From positions 1-51,295 of the forward strand of contig JABWBI010000002.1 of the NCBI GenBank assembly GCA_013360565.1: a stretch of DNA of 51,295 bases, written 5' to 3'. Positions 8,038 to 17,476 of this stretch are shown one piece after another. Both the position numbers and the translations under genes were made by a program. Source of the stretch: Candidatus Sumerlaeia bacterium. GTDB taxonomy: Bacteria > Sumerlaeota > Sumerlaeia > JABWBI01. The notes beneath the pieces were generated by a model. It worked only from the letters and a program-made list of their open reading frames with translations. It ran no database searches and was not told the DNA's origin. Numbering within the stretch: position 1 is the first letter of the stretch; each line of letters opens with the position of its first letter.

Positions 8038-9312
8038 ATGCCACACCGCAAGAGCACTGACGCCCCCGCGGCGAATCCCCGCTTTGAGGACCTTGGGCTG
8101 TCGCCCGAGCTGCTCAGAGCCATCCACGAGGCGGGCTGGAAGCAGCCGACCCCCATTCAGTCCGCCTCGATTCCGATCATCCTGAAGGGCGATGACCTCA
8201 TGGGTGTCGCCCAGACCGGCACGGGCAAGACCGGGGCCTTCGTGCTCCCCATCGTTCAGCGCCTCGGAGCACCGCAGGGTCGCGTCCGCGCCCTGGCCCT
8301 CGTGCCGACACGTGAGCTGGCGCTGCAGGTCGCCGGTCAGCTCGAGACCTTCGCGACCCCGCTCGGCCTGCCTCACGCCGCGATCTACGGCGGCGCCCCC
8401 ATCGGGCCTCAGCGCATGGCCCTGAAGAACGGCGTGGACCTCCTCGTCGCGACGCCCGGCCGCCTGCTCGACCTCATGGAGCGCATGCTGATCGTCTGGC
8501 GCGATCTCCGGTTCCTCGTGCTGGACGAGGCCGACCGTATGCTCGACATGGGCTTTCTGCCCGACATTGAGCGCATTCTGCGCAAGCTGCCCATGGCCCG
8601 TCAGACCCTGCTCTTCACGGCCACCCTGCCCCCGGACATTCGCCGCTTGGCGCGTGACCACATGCTCGAGCCGCAGGAGATCGACGTCGGCGTCAACCGC
8701 TCTCTGGCCGAGGGAATCACCGAATGGCTCTACCCCGTGCGAGAGGACCAGAAGACCGCACTTCTGCTCGCTCTCATCGAAGAGCTCGACATCGGCTCCG
8801 GTCTCATCTTCTGCCGCACGAAGATCGGAGCCGACAGTCTCGCCCGCGCCCTCCGGAACCGCGGACGCCAGATCGGCCTCCTCCACGCCGACAGGCCTCA
8901 GGCCGAGCGGGAGACGACGCTGCAGCAGTTCCGGGCCGGCTTTCTGCCGCTGCTCGTGGCCACCGACGTGGCCTCGCGTGGCCTCGACATCAGCGGTGTG
9001 ACCCATGTCATCAACTACGATGTGCCCCAGTCGCCCGACGACTACATCCACCGCGCGGGACGCACCGCACGCGGCGAAGCCAAGGGCGATGCGATCACCC
9101 TCGTGACTCCCCGTGAGGAGCGGCTCCTCGCCGCGATCGAGAATCTCACTCGCCGCAAGTTCGAGCGCTCGATCCTCGCCGGCTTTCCCTACCGAGGCGA
9201 TCCCCTCGGCCGCCAGAGCGAGCCCCGCCGCGAATCGCGCCGCCCCTTCGCCTCCCCTGGCCGGCGCCGGGGAAGCCGGCACCATGGGCCGGGGCACTCG
9301 CGCAATCGCTGA
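8038..9312 (+). CDS. DEAD-box ATP-dependent RNA helicase (RhlE-like) with an Arg/Gly-rich C-terminal tail
   Basis: Q-motif context (GWKQPTPIQ), motif I AQTGTGKT, Ia PTRELA, II DEAD (VLDEADRMLDMGF), III TAT, VI HRAGRTAR. Confidence 0.92.
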   Translation: MPHRKSTDAPAANPRFEDLGLSPELLRAIHEAGWKQPTPIQSASIPIILKGDDLMGVAQTGTGKTGAFVLPIVQRLGAPQGRVRALALVPTRELALQVAGQLETFATPLGLPHAAIYGGAPIGPQRMALKNGVDLLVATPGRLLDLMERMLIVWRDLRFLVLDEADRMLDMGFLPDIERILRKLPMARQTLLFTATLPPDIRRLARDHMLEPQEIDVGVNRSLAEGITEWLYPVREDQKTALLLALIEELDIGSGLIFCRTKIGADSLARALRNRGRQIGLLHADRPQAERETTLQQFRAGFLPLLVATDVASRGLDISGVTHVINYDVPQSPDDYIHRAGRTARGEAKGDAITLVTPREERLLAAIENLTRRKFERSILAGFPYRGDPLGRQSEPRRESRRPFASPGRRRGSRHHGPGHSRNR

Positions 9313-9317
9313 CCGGA

Positions 9318-11339
9318 TCACTCGACGCCGAAGAGCGCCAGCCCGGCAGGCACGGACGCGGGCACGAACCGGACGGCATCCGCAATGGCCGCCTGACTCG
9401 CCTGCGTGCTCTCATTGGAGAGCTGAACATACCCCGCCGTCCCCGTGTTGAACGTGTAGATCCCCAGGCTGTTCCACTGCCCGCCGTTGATCTCCTGGTT
9501 GACCGGCACCGTCGCCGATCCCCCGGCGTGGACCACGGTGAAGCGCGCATCCGTCGGGCGATTGGCACCTTGGGAGTGCCACACCTGCACCTCGTACTGC
9601 CCCCCGATCAGTGCCGGCGTCCAGCGCGCCGTGGCGGTGGGCGTCGCGCTCGTCGTCGCGAAGACATAGTCGGTGCCGAACTTGTCTGCCGCGCTCGTTC
9701 CCCGCGTCCAGCCGCCGGCCGGCGTCGTGAAGTTGAAGTCGGGGTTGTCCAGCGTCTCGGTCCCCGGGGTGAGGTTCGCGTAGATCTCGAACTCCGCCAC
9801 CCGCGCATTGTCGGTGGTCGTGCCGACGTCGGTGATGTACATCCGCAGGTGTCGCAGCCAGCGCGACGAGGGGAAACTGAACGTCGCCGTGGACGCCGAT
9901 GCGCGGTTGTTGTCCACGGTCTCCACGCTCCAGGGACCGCCCGCCGCCGGCGCCGACTCGATGCGAGTGCACCGCGCGTTGTGTGCCGCGCTCCCCGATG
10001 AAACCTGCCCGTGCAGCAGCCGCACGCCGGTGACAGCCCGGCTCTGCCCCAGATCGATGGCGAGCCAGTGCTCCTCGACATTGCCCGCGTTTCCCGCTGA
10101 CGCCCAGCGCGTGGAGCCGAGACCGTCATTCGCGGCTGAGGGAGGGCGTCCGGTGAACTGCGAGCTGGCCGTCGCCGTGGCCCCAGCGCTTGCGAGCCCC
10201 ACGTTGCTCCCGCCCGGCATGGCCGTGCTCATCGGAAGCGAGGGAAGCGGGGCCGTGTGTCCCGCAGTGAGACTGGCGTCGAGGTCCACATAGATCTGGC
10301 CCAGCTGCGGAGCGCCACTGATTGTCCACCCGTCGTTCGCCCAGCGGTAGAGATTCGCGCAGTGGTAGATGGGCATCCCGCTCCGGCGGGTGCTCACATT
10401 CCAGTCGTTCAGACTCGCGTACATCGCCTGAAGCCACCCGGCGGCGTAGGCCGGGTCACCGGGCCCCACCGGCCCGCCCCCCTGCCAGAAGTAGAGCCCA
10501 TTGTCCTCCGTGCCATAGAGCGGCAGGTGCCACAGACTCCGCGGCACGCCCCAGAAGATCCACTCCCGGTGCACCTGCCATCCGAAGGCGAGGCTCAGCC
10601 CTCCTGCATCGACCCGTGACGTGTCGCTCGTGATGGTCGAGAGGGCCCACCCGCGCGAGTTGACGTGCATGGCGATGCCGTCGGGAGTGATGCCATGTCC
10701 CTGGATGGCCACAAGCGTCTCATAGAGGTAGTCACACCAGTTGAGCGGGTTACCGTCATGCGGCTTGCCGTCGTTGGGATTCGTCCCCGGGCCGTAGGGA
10801 CCGCCCCACGGTGCCATCGCCTGCACCACCACCTGATCGTTGGGCCGGACGGCCTTGATCGCAGCGTAGCACTGGCGGAAGCAGTCGGCGTACATCGCCG
10901 GAGAGACATAGTCGTGCCGGTCCGTCGCCGCGTTGTAAGGCCACTCGATGGCGAGGTTCGTCTCGTTGCCGATCACCCAGATGTTGCAGCCCGACGAGGC
11001 GTTGACGAAGTTGGCGCAGCGTGTCGCGAACTCGTCGTACCGGGAGGGGACAGGGACCGTGCCCTGCGGAGAGTAACCGTAGTTCAGGCGAGTGATCACG
11101 GTGTGACTCCCGGCCCAGCCGTGCGAGCCGAAGTTCTTTCCGCTGAAGTCACCCGGATTGTCCCCGATCGCCTCGGTGGCTGTCACCCAGCCCCGCTGAC
11201 CCGCCGCGGAGATGTGGCCGAGGAAGGCGGCTGGATCGGGATCGTAGTCATGTATCCCTGTGATTCCCTGCACGGCCGCGTGGCTCGTCAGGGCGGCGCC
11301 GCTGGCCAGCGCGGCGAAGATCAGCCGGAGTGCTCTCAT
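9318..11339 (-). CDS. Secreted three-module protein: clan GH-A-like glycosidase domain, F5/8 type C (discoidin/CBM32-like) domain, and golvesin/Xly-type C-terminal carbohydrate-binding domain (paralog 1)
   Basis: The start was moved to ATG 11339 (MRALRLIFAALASGAALTSHA, a signal peptide), preceded by GAGGAGG. VIGNETN and YGTEDNG resemble the clan GH-A acid/base and nucleophile strands. ANDGLGSTRWAS...HWLAIDLG is discoidin-like. The C-terminal YEVQVWH...GGQWNSLG...ADAVRFVP is golvesin-CBD-like. Confidence 0.75.
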   Translation of the reverse strand: MRALRLIFAALASGAALTSHAAVQGITGIHDYDPDPAAFLGHISAAGQRGWVTATEAIGDNPGDFSGKNFGSHGWAGSHTVITRLNYGYSPQGTVPVPSRYDEFATRCANFVNASSGCNIWVIGNETNLAIEWPYNAATDRHDYVSPAMYADCFRQCYAAIKAVRPNDQVVVQAMAPWGGPYGPGTNPNDGKPHDGNPLNWCDYLYETLVAIQGHGITPDGIAMHVNSRGWALSTITSDTSRVDAGGLSLAFGWQVHREWIFWGVPRSLWHLPLYGTEDNGLYFWQGGGPVGPGDPAYAAGWLQAMYASLNDWNVSTRRSGMPIYHCANLYRWANDGWTISGAPQLGQIYVDLDASLTAGHTAPLPSLPMSTAMPGGSNVGLASAGATATASSQFTGRPPSAANDGLGSTRWASAGNAGNVEEHWLAIDLGQSRAVTGVRLLHGQVSSGSAAHNARCTRIESAPAAGGPWSVETVDNNRASASTATFSFPSSRWLRHLRMYITDVGTTTDNARVAEFEIYANLTPGTETLDNPDFNFTTPAGGWTRGTSAADKFGTDYVFATTSATPTATARWTPALIGGQYEVQVWHSQGANRPTDARFTVVHAGGSATVPVNQEINGGQWNSLGIYTFNTGTAGYVQLSNESTQASQAAIADAVRFVPASVPAGLALFGVE

Positions 11340-11364
11340 GGCCGTGCCTCCTCGTATCCCGTGG

Positions 11365-13464
11365 TCAGTGGTAAGATTCCCAGGCCTGCGCCGGCGCGAC
11401 CGAGACAGGGACGAAGCGGACGGCGTCCGCCACGACGAAGTTGCCGGCATCGCCGCTCTCGTCGGTCAGCTCCACATGTCCATGGCGCCCCGCTTCGAAC
11501 ACGAATGTCCCCAGGCTCACCCAGGTGCCGCCGTTCGACTGTTGGTCGACCGCGATGGTCTCCGAGCCGTGGGCATGGTGGACAGTGAACTCCGCGTCAC
11601 TCACGTGGCTGGGTGAGGCCGGATGGCGCACCGACACCTCATACACGTGGTTGAAGAGCACTGGGCGCCACTCGATCGAGTTTGCGCCCGTGCCGGCGGT
11701 GATGGCGTAGTGATCGTCACCGCTCTGACCCGCTCCGTCCGTTCGCCGGCTCCAGGCCCCGGACATGATGGCGGCGTTGAAGTCGGCGTTCTCGATGATC
11801 TGCGTCGACGGATCAGAGTCGGCGACCACCTGAAACTCCGGGATGCGGGCGATGCTGTCGCTGTCCCCGCCATCCGTGATCCAGAGGCGGATGTGGCGCA
11901 GCTGCCGGGAGGACGGGAACGCGAAGTTGGTCACACTGCTCGTCGCTCCCGATGGATACGCGTAGTTGAATGAAGCACACTCCACCGACCAGGGCCCCGA
12001 CGCCGAAGGCGCCGACTCCACACGGAACATGCGGGTGTTGAACGAAGCGGACTCCCCCCCGGCCTGGGCATGGTGAACGCGAAATCCGGTCACGGGTCTC
12101 TCAGCGCCGAGGTCGACGCGGAGCCAATGCTCAAGGCCCGCGTTCGCGCTCGCCCACTTCTGTGAGCCGGTGATCACCCCGTCGACCGCTCGCGCCGGCG
12201 CGCTGTTCGCATCGAACTGCGAGCTCGCCTGAACAGCGGCCCCCTGCGAGATCACACTCCCGGGGGGCACGGCGCTCGACGCCGCGATGCCCGGAAACGG
12301 CGCCACATGCCCCGGCGCCAGTGACGCGGCGAGGTCCGTCCCCATGATCTGACTGTAGACGGACTGCTGCGCGGGAGTTCCCGCCGCGTAACCCTCGAGC
12401 CCCCATCCGTCGAACGGCGCCCAGCGATAGAGGTTGAAGCAGTGATACGCCGGCATCCCCGAGCGGGCCACGTTGAGATTCCACGCATTCACGCGCGTGA
12501 AGAGAGCCTGGAGGTAGCCCGCCTGATAAACTGGCACCGTCGTGAAGCTCGGTTCCGCCCCTGGTCCTGTGCCGTCCCAGAAGGTCAGCCCGTTCGTCTC
12601 GGTCGTGTAGGCCGGAAGGCCCCAGAGCGATGGCGGCGTCGCATACATGAGCCACTCCTCGATGTTCGCCGATCCAAAGGGGAGATTCAACCCGGCCGCT
12701 CCACCGGCCTGGATTCGATTCGCATCGCTGGCACTGCCGAACGCATAGCCTCTCGAACCGGCGTGGATCGAGATGCCGTCGACCGGTCCGCTGGCCGCAA
12801 TTGCGCTCATCATCCGGTACTGATATTCGAACCAATTGATCGGAAGCGCATCGACCGGGACGCCGGCGAAGTCGGTCGCCGGGAGGGGCCCCGCATAGGG
12901 AGAGAGCGCTTGGGGCAGGACCACGTCGTTGGGGCGAGCCGCCTTGATCGCGTTGTACACCTGGCGATAGCAGTCCGCGTAGTCCTCCGGCGTGACGTAG
13001 GTGTAGCGGTTCGTCGCCGAACTCCAGGGGAACTCACTCTGGACGTTGGTCTCGTTCCCAATCTGCCAATGCAGCGGCGTCGACACCGGGGCACCCATGT
13101 TCGCCGCCGTGGCCACGGCGAAGTTCGCACAGCGCGTGGCAAACTCGTCGTAGCGGGCCGGCAGCGGGATTGTGCCCGTTGCAGGGAGGTTGCCGGGGTC
13201 GAAGAAGCCGTAGTTCACCCGGCAGATCACCGTGTGGCCACGCGATGTGACATTGCTGAAGTTGTCCCCCGAGAAGTTCGACGGGTTGTCGCCGATGCCG
13301 ACCGCCGTTGTCACCCAGCCTCGCTGCCCCGCCGCCTCAATCTGATCGAGGAAGAGATCGGGATCGGTGAAGTGATCGTGGATGCCGACGATGCCCTGGA
13401 CCGGCGCGGCGACAGCGCCGCCCCCCAGCGCGACGCAGATGCAAGCGCTTGCACGCACCGACAT
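11365..13464 (-). CDS. Secreted three-module protein, tandem paralog of 9318..11339 (GH-A-like, discoidin, golvesin-type CBM)
   Basis: The start was moved to ATG 13464 (MSVRASACICVALGGGAVAAP), preceded by GGGAGG. The layout matches the paralog: QIGNETN, YTTETNG, AVDGVITGSQKWAS...HWLRVDLG, YEVSVRH...GGTWVSLG...ADAVRFVP. Confidence 0.75.
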   Translation of the reverse strand: MSVRASACICVALGGGAVAAPVQGIVGIHDHFTDPDLFLDQIEAAGQRGWVTTAVGIGDNPSNFSGDNFSNVTSRGHTVICRVNYGFFDPGNLPATGTIPLPARYDEFATRCANFAVATAANMGAPVSTPLHWQIGNETNVQSEFPWSSATNRYTYVTPEDYADCYRQVYNAIKAARPNDVVLPQALSPYAGPLPATDFAGVPVDALPINWFEYQYRMMSAIAASGPVDGISIHAGSRGYAFGSASDANRIQAGGAAGLNLPFGSANIEEWLMYATPPSLWGLPAYTTETNGLTFWDGTGPGAEPSFTTVPVYQAGYLQALFTRVNAWNLNVARSGMPAYHCFNLYRWAPFDGWGLEGYAAGTPAQQSVYSQIMGTDLAASLAPGHVAPFPGIAASSAVPPGSVISQGAAVQASSQFDANSAPARAVDGVITGSQKWASANAGLEHWLRVDLGAERPVTGFRVHHAQAGGESASFNTRMFRVESAPSASGPWSVECASFNYAYPSGATSSVTNFAFPSSRQLRHIRLWITDGGDSDSIARIPEFQVVADSDPSTQIIENADFNAAIMSGAWSRRTDGAGQSGDDHYAITAGTGANSIEWRPVLFNHVYEVSVRHPASPSHVSDAEFTVHHAHGSETIAVDQQSNGGTWVSLGTFVFEAGRHGHVELTDESGDAGNFVVADAVRFVPVSVAPAQAWESYH

Positions 13465-13547
13465 GAAAAAAAGCCTCCCATCGAGGACCGGATCATCGTC
13501 ACCACAGCATGGCACATCCCCCGCAGGACCGTCAACCCGCGCAGGCT

Positions 13548-14429
13548 TCAGCCCGGCCGACGCAGCAGATTGATCATCCCCTGCGTGCCCTGATCGGCCA
13601 AGCCGCTCTCCGCCGCTTCCCGGAAGAGACGCTCGGTCAGTGCGGTTCCCTCAAAGCGCCCCCCCAGCTTGCGGATCTCCTCTAGACAGAGGCGAAGGTC
13701 CTTCGCCTGCAAGTGCATCGGAAAACCGGGCGCATAGTCCCCCCTCACGATCCTCGGCGCATAGTTCGCCAAGGCCCACGAGCCAGCGGCCCCGGACGTC
13801 ACGACCTGCAGCACCTTGTCCAGGTCCATGCCGCAGCGCTCGGCGAAGGCGAGGCCCTCTGCCATGCCGAGCACGTTCAGGGCACAGATGATCTGATTGA
13901 CCATCTTCGTGCGCTGGCCCGCGCCGCTGGGCCCCATGTGGAGGATCCGTTTCCCGAAGCACTCGATCAGAGGGCGCACACGCTCGAAGGCCTCCGCGTC
14001 ACCCCCCACCATCACCGTCAGTGTGCCGTTCCGGGCTCCGATGTCGCCCCCCGTGAGTGGAGCATCGAGCAGGGCAACCCCTTGGCGGGCCAGCCGCGCC
14101 GCGAACTGCGCCGTGGCCTCGGCCGAGATCGTCGAGCAGTCGACGATCACCGAGCCCGCCGTGGCACCTTCGGCGAGACCTCCGGGGCCGAACAGGACTC
14201 CCTCGACGTCCGGAGTGTCGCTCACGCAGATGAAAACCACATCGCTGGCCGCCGCGACATCCCGGGGACTCGCTCCGACCCGCGCCCCGCGCTCGAGCAG
14301 CGGATCGCAGCGGGCGGGAGTGCGGTTGAAGACGGTCAGATCATGGCCCGCACTCAGCAGGTGGCCAGCCATCGGGCCGCCCATGATGCCGAGGCCGACG
14401 AAGCCGACGCGCTGCCGGTTCACCGCCAC
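13548..14429 (-). CDS. NAD(P)-dependent 3-hydroxyisobutyrate / 2-hydroxy-3-oxopropionate reductase-family dehydrogenase
   Basis: Rossmann motif VGFVGLGIMGGPMAGHLL, followed by the 6-phosphogluconate-dehydrogenase-like C-terminal fold (KMVNQ, GDYAPGF). The start is GTG at 14429, or GTG at 14423, which makes a GTGA overlap with the upstream stop. Confidence 0.85.
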   Translation of the reverse strand: MAVNRQRVGFVGLGIMGGPMAGHLLSAGHDLTVFNRTPARCDPLLERGARVGASPRDVAAASDVVFICVSDTPDVEGVLFGPGGLAEGATAGSVIVDCSTISAEATAQFAARLARQGVALLDAPLTGGDIGARNGTLTVMVGGDAEAFERVRPLIECFGKRILHMGPSGAGQRTKMVNQIICALNVLGMAEGLAFAERCGMDLDKVLQVVTSGAAGSWALANYAPRIVRGDYAPGFPMHLQAKDLRLCLEEIRKLGGRFEGTALTERLFREAAESGLADQGTQGMINLLRRPG

Positions 14430-15847
14430 TCGCGGTCGTTCTTCCTCCCCACGGCCGAGAGCATGTCATCGACGTGGGTGAACTTGATGCGAGGCGCGCC
14501 GCGGCGAGCACCGCGATTGACCTCGATCTGATCGAGGATCTTCCAGTCGTCGAACGTGACGTAGTCGATGCCGCGCTTCTCGAGGAGCGCCACCGTGGCC
14601 TCGCGTCCCTTGAGGGGCCGGACAGGCACCTTCCCCTTCGCCAGATCCTCGAACATGAGCTTGACCACGGCAGCGGAGGCCTGGCGGTGCATCCCGATGA
14701 GCCCCTTGGGCCCAGATTTCGCCCAGCCGACGACATACTGGCAGGGCACGATGTCGCCATCCCGCTTCGCCACGCGTCCCTCGCGATTCGAGATGATGCC
14801 CCGCTTCTCGTCGAAGGGCACCCCTGGCAGCGGCTTGCCCTGATACCCGATCGCCACGAGCGCCATCTGAGCCGGCAGCTCGAAGAAGTGCCCCGTGCCC
14901 TGGGCCGAGACGGTACCCTCATCGCCTTGGAAGAACTCGTTCTTCTCCATGCGGATGGCGCGCAGGCAGCCCTCGTCGTCGCCCAGGAACTCCACCGGGG
15001 AGGCGAAGAACTTGAAGCGGATCTTGCGCGGCTTGGTGCCCTCGCCGCGTGCATTGAACTCCTTGAGGAGCTCGAAGTTCTTCCACTTCGCCGAGCCTTC
15101 CCCCGCCCTCTCGAGCTCGTGGTCGGAGAAGTCGTCGAGCGTAATCTCCTCCTTCGGCACGACCGGGTCGGCCCCGTGGAGCTCGCCGAGCTCCTTGAGC
15201 TCGGCGGGCGTGAAGGCCGCCTGAACGGGCCCCCGGCGGCCCACCATCGTGATCTCGCGGACCCTGCTCTCCTTGAGCTGCCGCAGCGCGTGCTCGGCGA
15301 TGTCCGTCTTCATCAGATCGTCGATGTCCCGTGCGAGGATCCGCACGACGTCCACAGCGACGTTCCCATTGCCGATCACGACGACCGACTCCGCCGAGAA
15401 GTCGAACTTGGCATCCCGATAATCAGGGTGACCATTGTACCACCCGACGAAGACGGTGGCGGGCGTCACCCCGAGAAGGTACTCGCCCGGGATGCCGAGG
15501 CGACGGTCGGCCTCGTTCCCCACCGCGTAGACGATCTGATCGTAGAGGCTCGTGAGATTGCCCACCTGGAGATCGCGCCCGAGCATCACATTGCCGAAGA
15601 AGCGGAAGTTGGCGTGCTGCGCGCTCCGCTCGTACACGTTGATGACCGACTTGATCTTCTGGTGGTCGGGAGCCACGCCGCCGCGGACAAGCCCGTAGGG
15701 GGTCGGCAGACGATCATACATGTCGACTTCGACACTGATCTGCTTCTGCGAGAGCAGCGCGTCGGCGGCGTAGAAGCCGGCCGGGCCCGATCCGACAATG
15801 GCGACGCGGAGCGGCCGCTCGCCCGTGCCAATTCTCTGCTCACTCAT
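14420..15847 (-). CDS. fprA: FprA/adrenodoxin-reductase-type NADPH:ferredoxin oxidoreductase (paralog 1)
   Basis: RVAIVGSGPAGFYAADALL (FAD GxGxxG), YDRLPTPYGLVRGGVAPDHQKIKSV, and a second dinucleotide motif VVVIGNGNVAVDVVRIL. Confidence 0.85.
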   Translation of the reverse strand: MSEQRIGTGERPLRVAIVGSGPAGFYAADALLSQKQISVEVDMYDRLPTPYGLVRGGVAPDHQKIKSVINVYERSAQHANFRFFGNVMLGRDLQVGNLTSLYDQIVYAVGNEADRRLGIPGEYLLGVTPATVFVGWYNGHPDYRDAKFDFSAESVVVIGNGNVAVDVVRILARDIDDLMKTDIAEHALRQLKESRVREITMVGRRGPVQAAFTPAELKELGELHGADPVVPKEEITLDDFSDHELERAGEGSAKWKNFELLKEFNARGEGTKPRKIRFKFFASPVEFLGDDEGCLRAIRMEKNEFFQGDEGTVSAQGTGHFFELPAQMALVAIGYQGKPLPGVPFDEKRGIISNREGRVAKRDGDIVPCQYVVGWAKSGPKGLIGMHRQASAAVVKLMFEDLAKGKVPVRPLKGREATVALLEKRGIDYVTFDDWKILDQIEVNRGARRGAPRIKFTHVDDMLSAVGRKNDREWR

Positions 15848-15943
15848 GAGTGCTCACAGCCTCCCGTCCGTCGCCTTTCTCCGCTGGGGTCCCTCCAGGC
15901 TCTGCCACGCGCCCCGCCCATTTTCAAGTCCTCTGGCTCGCCG

Positions 15944-17365
15944 TCACCGCCAGTCGGGGTGGTCGCGCTTGCCCATGATGACCAGCATGTCCTCGATCGC
16001 GCTGAACTTCACGCGGGGCGCCCCGCGCCGCTGGCCGCGGTTGACCTCGACCCGGTCGAGGATCTTCCAGTCGTGGAAGGTGACGAAGTCGATCTGACGC
16101 TCGTCGAGCAGCCGATAGATCGCCTCGCGGTCCGGCAAGTCACGCTCGGGCACGCGGCCATCGCGGAGGTCTTCGAGCACAAGCTTCGCCACGGCTCCCG
16201 AGGCCTGCTTGTGGCTGCCGATGAGTCCCTGGGGGCCGCTCTTGGCCCAGCCAGCGACATACTGGTTCGGCACCACCTCCCCCGTCGCCGGGTCCGTCAC
16301 GCACCCGTCCGTGTTGGGGATGATTCCTTTCCTCTCATCGAAGGGGACCCCGGGGATGGGGCGGCCGCGATATCCAATCGACACGAGAACCATCTGGACC
16401 GGGATCTCGAAGAACTCGCCGGTCCCCTTGGCCTGCAGGCCGCCGCTCGATCCGGGAACGAGGATGTTCTTTTCCAAGCGAACAGCCCGGACACGGCCGT
16501 CGTCGTCACCGATGAACTCCACCGGCGACACGAGGAAATGGAAATGCAGCTTCCGCGGCTTGTCGCCCTTTCCACGGGTGGCGTACTCCCGCAGGAGGGC
16601 CACATTCTTCTGAGCGGCGGAGTTCTTCCCGGAAGCATCGAGCTCCGCGAGGCTCCCCTCATCCAGGTCGATCTCTCGCGGATCCACGACGGCATCAGCC
16701 TCTTCCAGATGACCCAGCTCGCGCAGCTCGGCCGGCGTGAACGCCGCCTGGACGGGGCCTCGGCGGCCCAGCAGGTGGATCTGCCGGACCTGACTCCTCT
16801 CCAGCGCGCTCAGAGCATGGCTGGCGATGTCGGTCGCCGCCAGCTCCTCCGCGTCCTGGGCCAGGATTCGCGCCACGTCCACGGCGACGTTGCCGTTGCC
16901 GACAACGGCCACGCTCTTGGCGGAGAAGTCGAATGTGGCATCGCGATAATCGGGGTGGGCGTTGTACCAGCCGACAAAGACCGTGGCCGGCGTGACCCCG
17001 ATCAGGTACTCACCGGGAATGCCCAGGCGACGATCGGCCTCGTTGCCGACGGCGTAGACGATCTGGTCATAGTGCGCGACCAGGTCGGCCACCTGAACGT
17101 CACGCCCCAGCATCACGTTGCCCAGAAACCGGAAGTTCTCGTGCTGCGCGGCCCGCTCGTAGATCGCAATGACGGACTTGATCTTCTGGTGATCGGGCGC
17201 CACCCCGCCCCGGACGAGGCCGTAGGGGGTGGGCAGCCGATCGAACATGTCGACTTCGACCTCCGTCGCCGTCTGGCCGAGAAGCGCGTCAGCGCAGTAG
17301 AAGCCCGCCGGGCCCGAGCCGATGATCGCAACGCGCAGAGGGCGCTCCTTGGTGCCGATGGTCAT
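15944..17365 (-). CDS. fprA: FprA/adrenodoxin-reductase-type NADPH:ferredoxin oxidoreductase (paralog 2)
   Basis: It carries the same motifs as paralog 1 (RVAIIGSGPAGFYCADALL, FDRLPTPYGLVRGGVAPDHQKIKSV, VAVVGNGNVAVDVARIL). I prefer ATG 17365 (MTIGTKERPLRV) by N-terminal alignment with paralog 1. ATG 17395 is an alternative start. Confidence 0.85.
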   Translation of the reverse strand: MTIGTKERPLRVAIIGSGPAGFYCADALLGQTATEVEVDMFDRLPTPYGLVRGGVAPDHQKIKSVIAIYERAAQHENFRFLGNVMLGRDVQVADLVAHYDQIVYAVGNEADRRLGIPGEYLIGVTPATVFVGWYNAHPDYRDATFDFSAKSVAVVGNGNVAVDVARILAQDAEELAATDIASHALSALERSQVRQIHLLGRRGPVQAAFTPAELRELGHLEEADAVVDPREIDLDEGSLAELDASGKNSAAQKNVALLREYATRGKGDKPRKLHFHFLVSPVEFIGDDDGRVRAVRLEKNILVPGSSGGLQAKGTGEFFEIPVQMVLVSIGYRGRPIPGVPFDERKGIIPNTDGCVTDPATGEVVPNQYVAGWAKSGPQGLIGSHKQASGAVAKLVLEDLRDGRVPERDLPDREAIYRLLDERQIDFVTFHDWKILDRVEVNRGQRRGAPRVKFSAIEDMLVIMGKRDHPDWR

Positions 17366-17476
17366 GGATCTCACGTGCCTCGCTGTGGCTGACATGCGCG
17401 GCCCTGGCCGCAGAGCCCGGGAGCATCCGGAGCCCGGGCCCGGGAATCAAGCCCAATGAGCACGGGACCTCCACCG

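Noticed and set aside
13507-13522. The sigma-54-like element TGGCAC-N5-CCGCA.
   Set aside because: The -12 element does not match TTGC. The motif is also on the plus strand in a region where both flanking genes are on the minus strand.
14474-17392. A 972-aa + strand ORF spanning both fprA paralogs and the gap between them.
   Set aside because: It is the antisense shadow of two well-supported minus-strand genes. Its composition is the typical Arg/Leu/Asp/His-rich mirror sequence, and it has no motifs.
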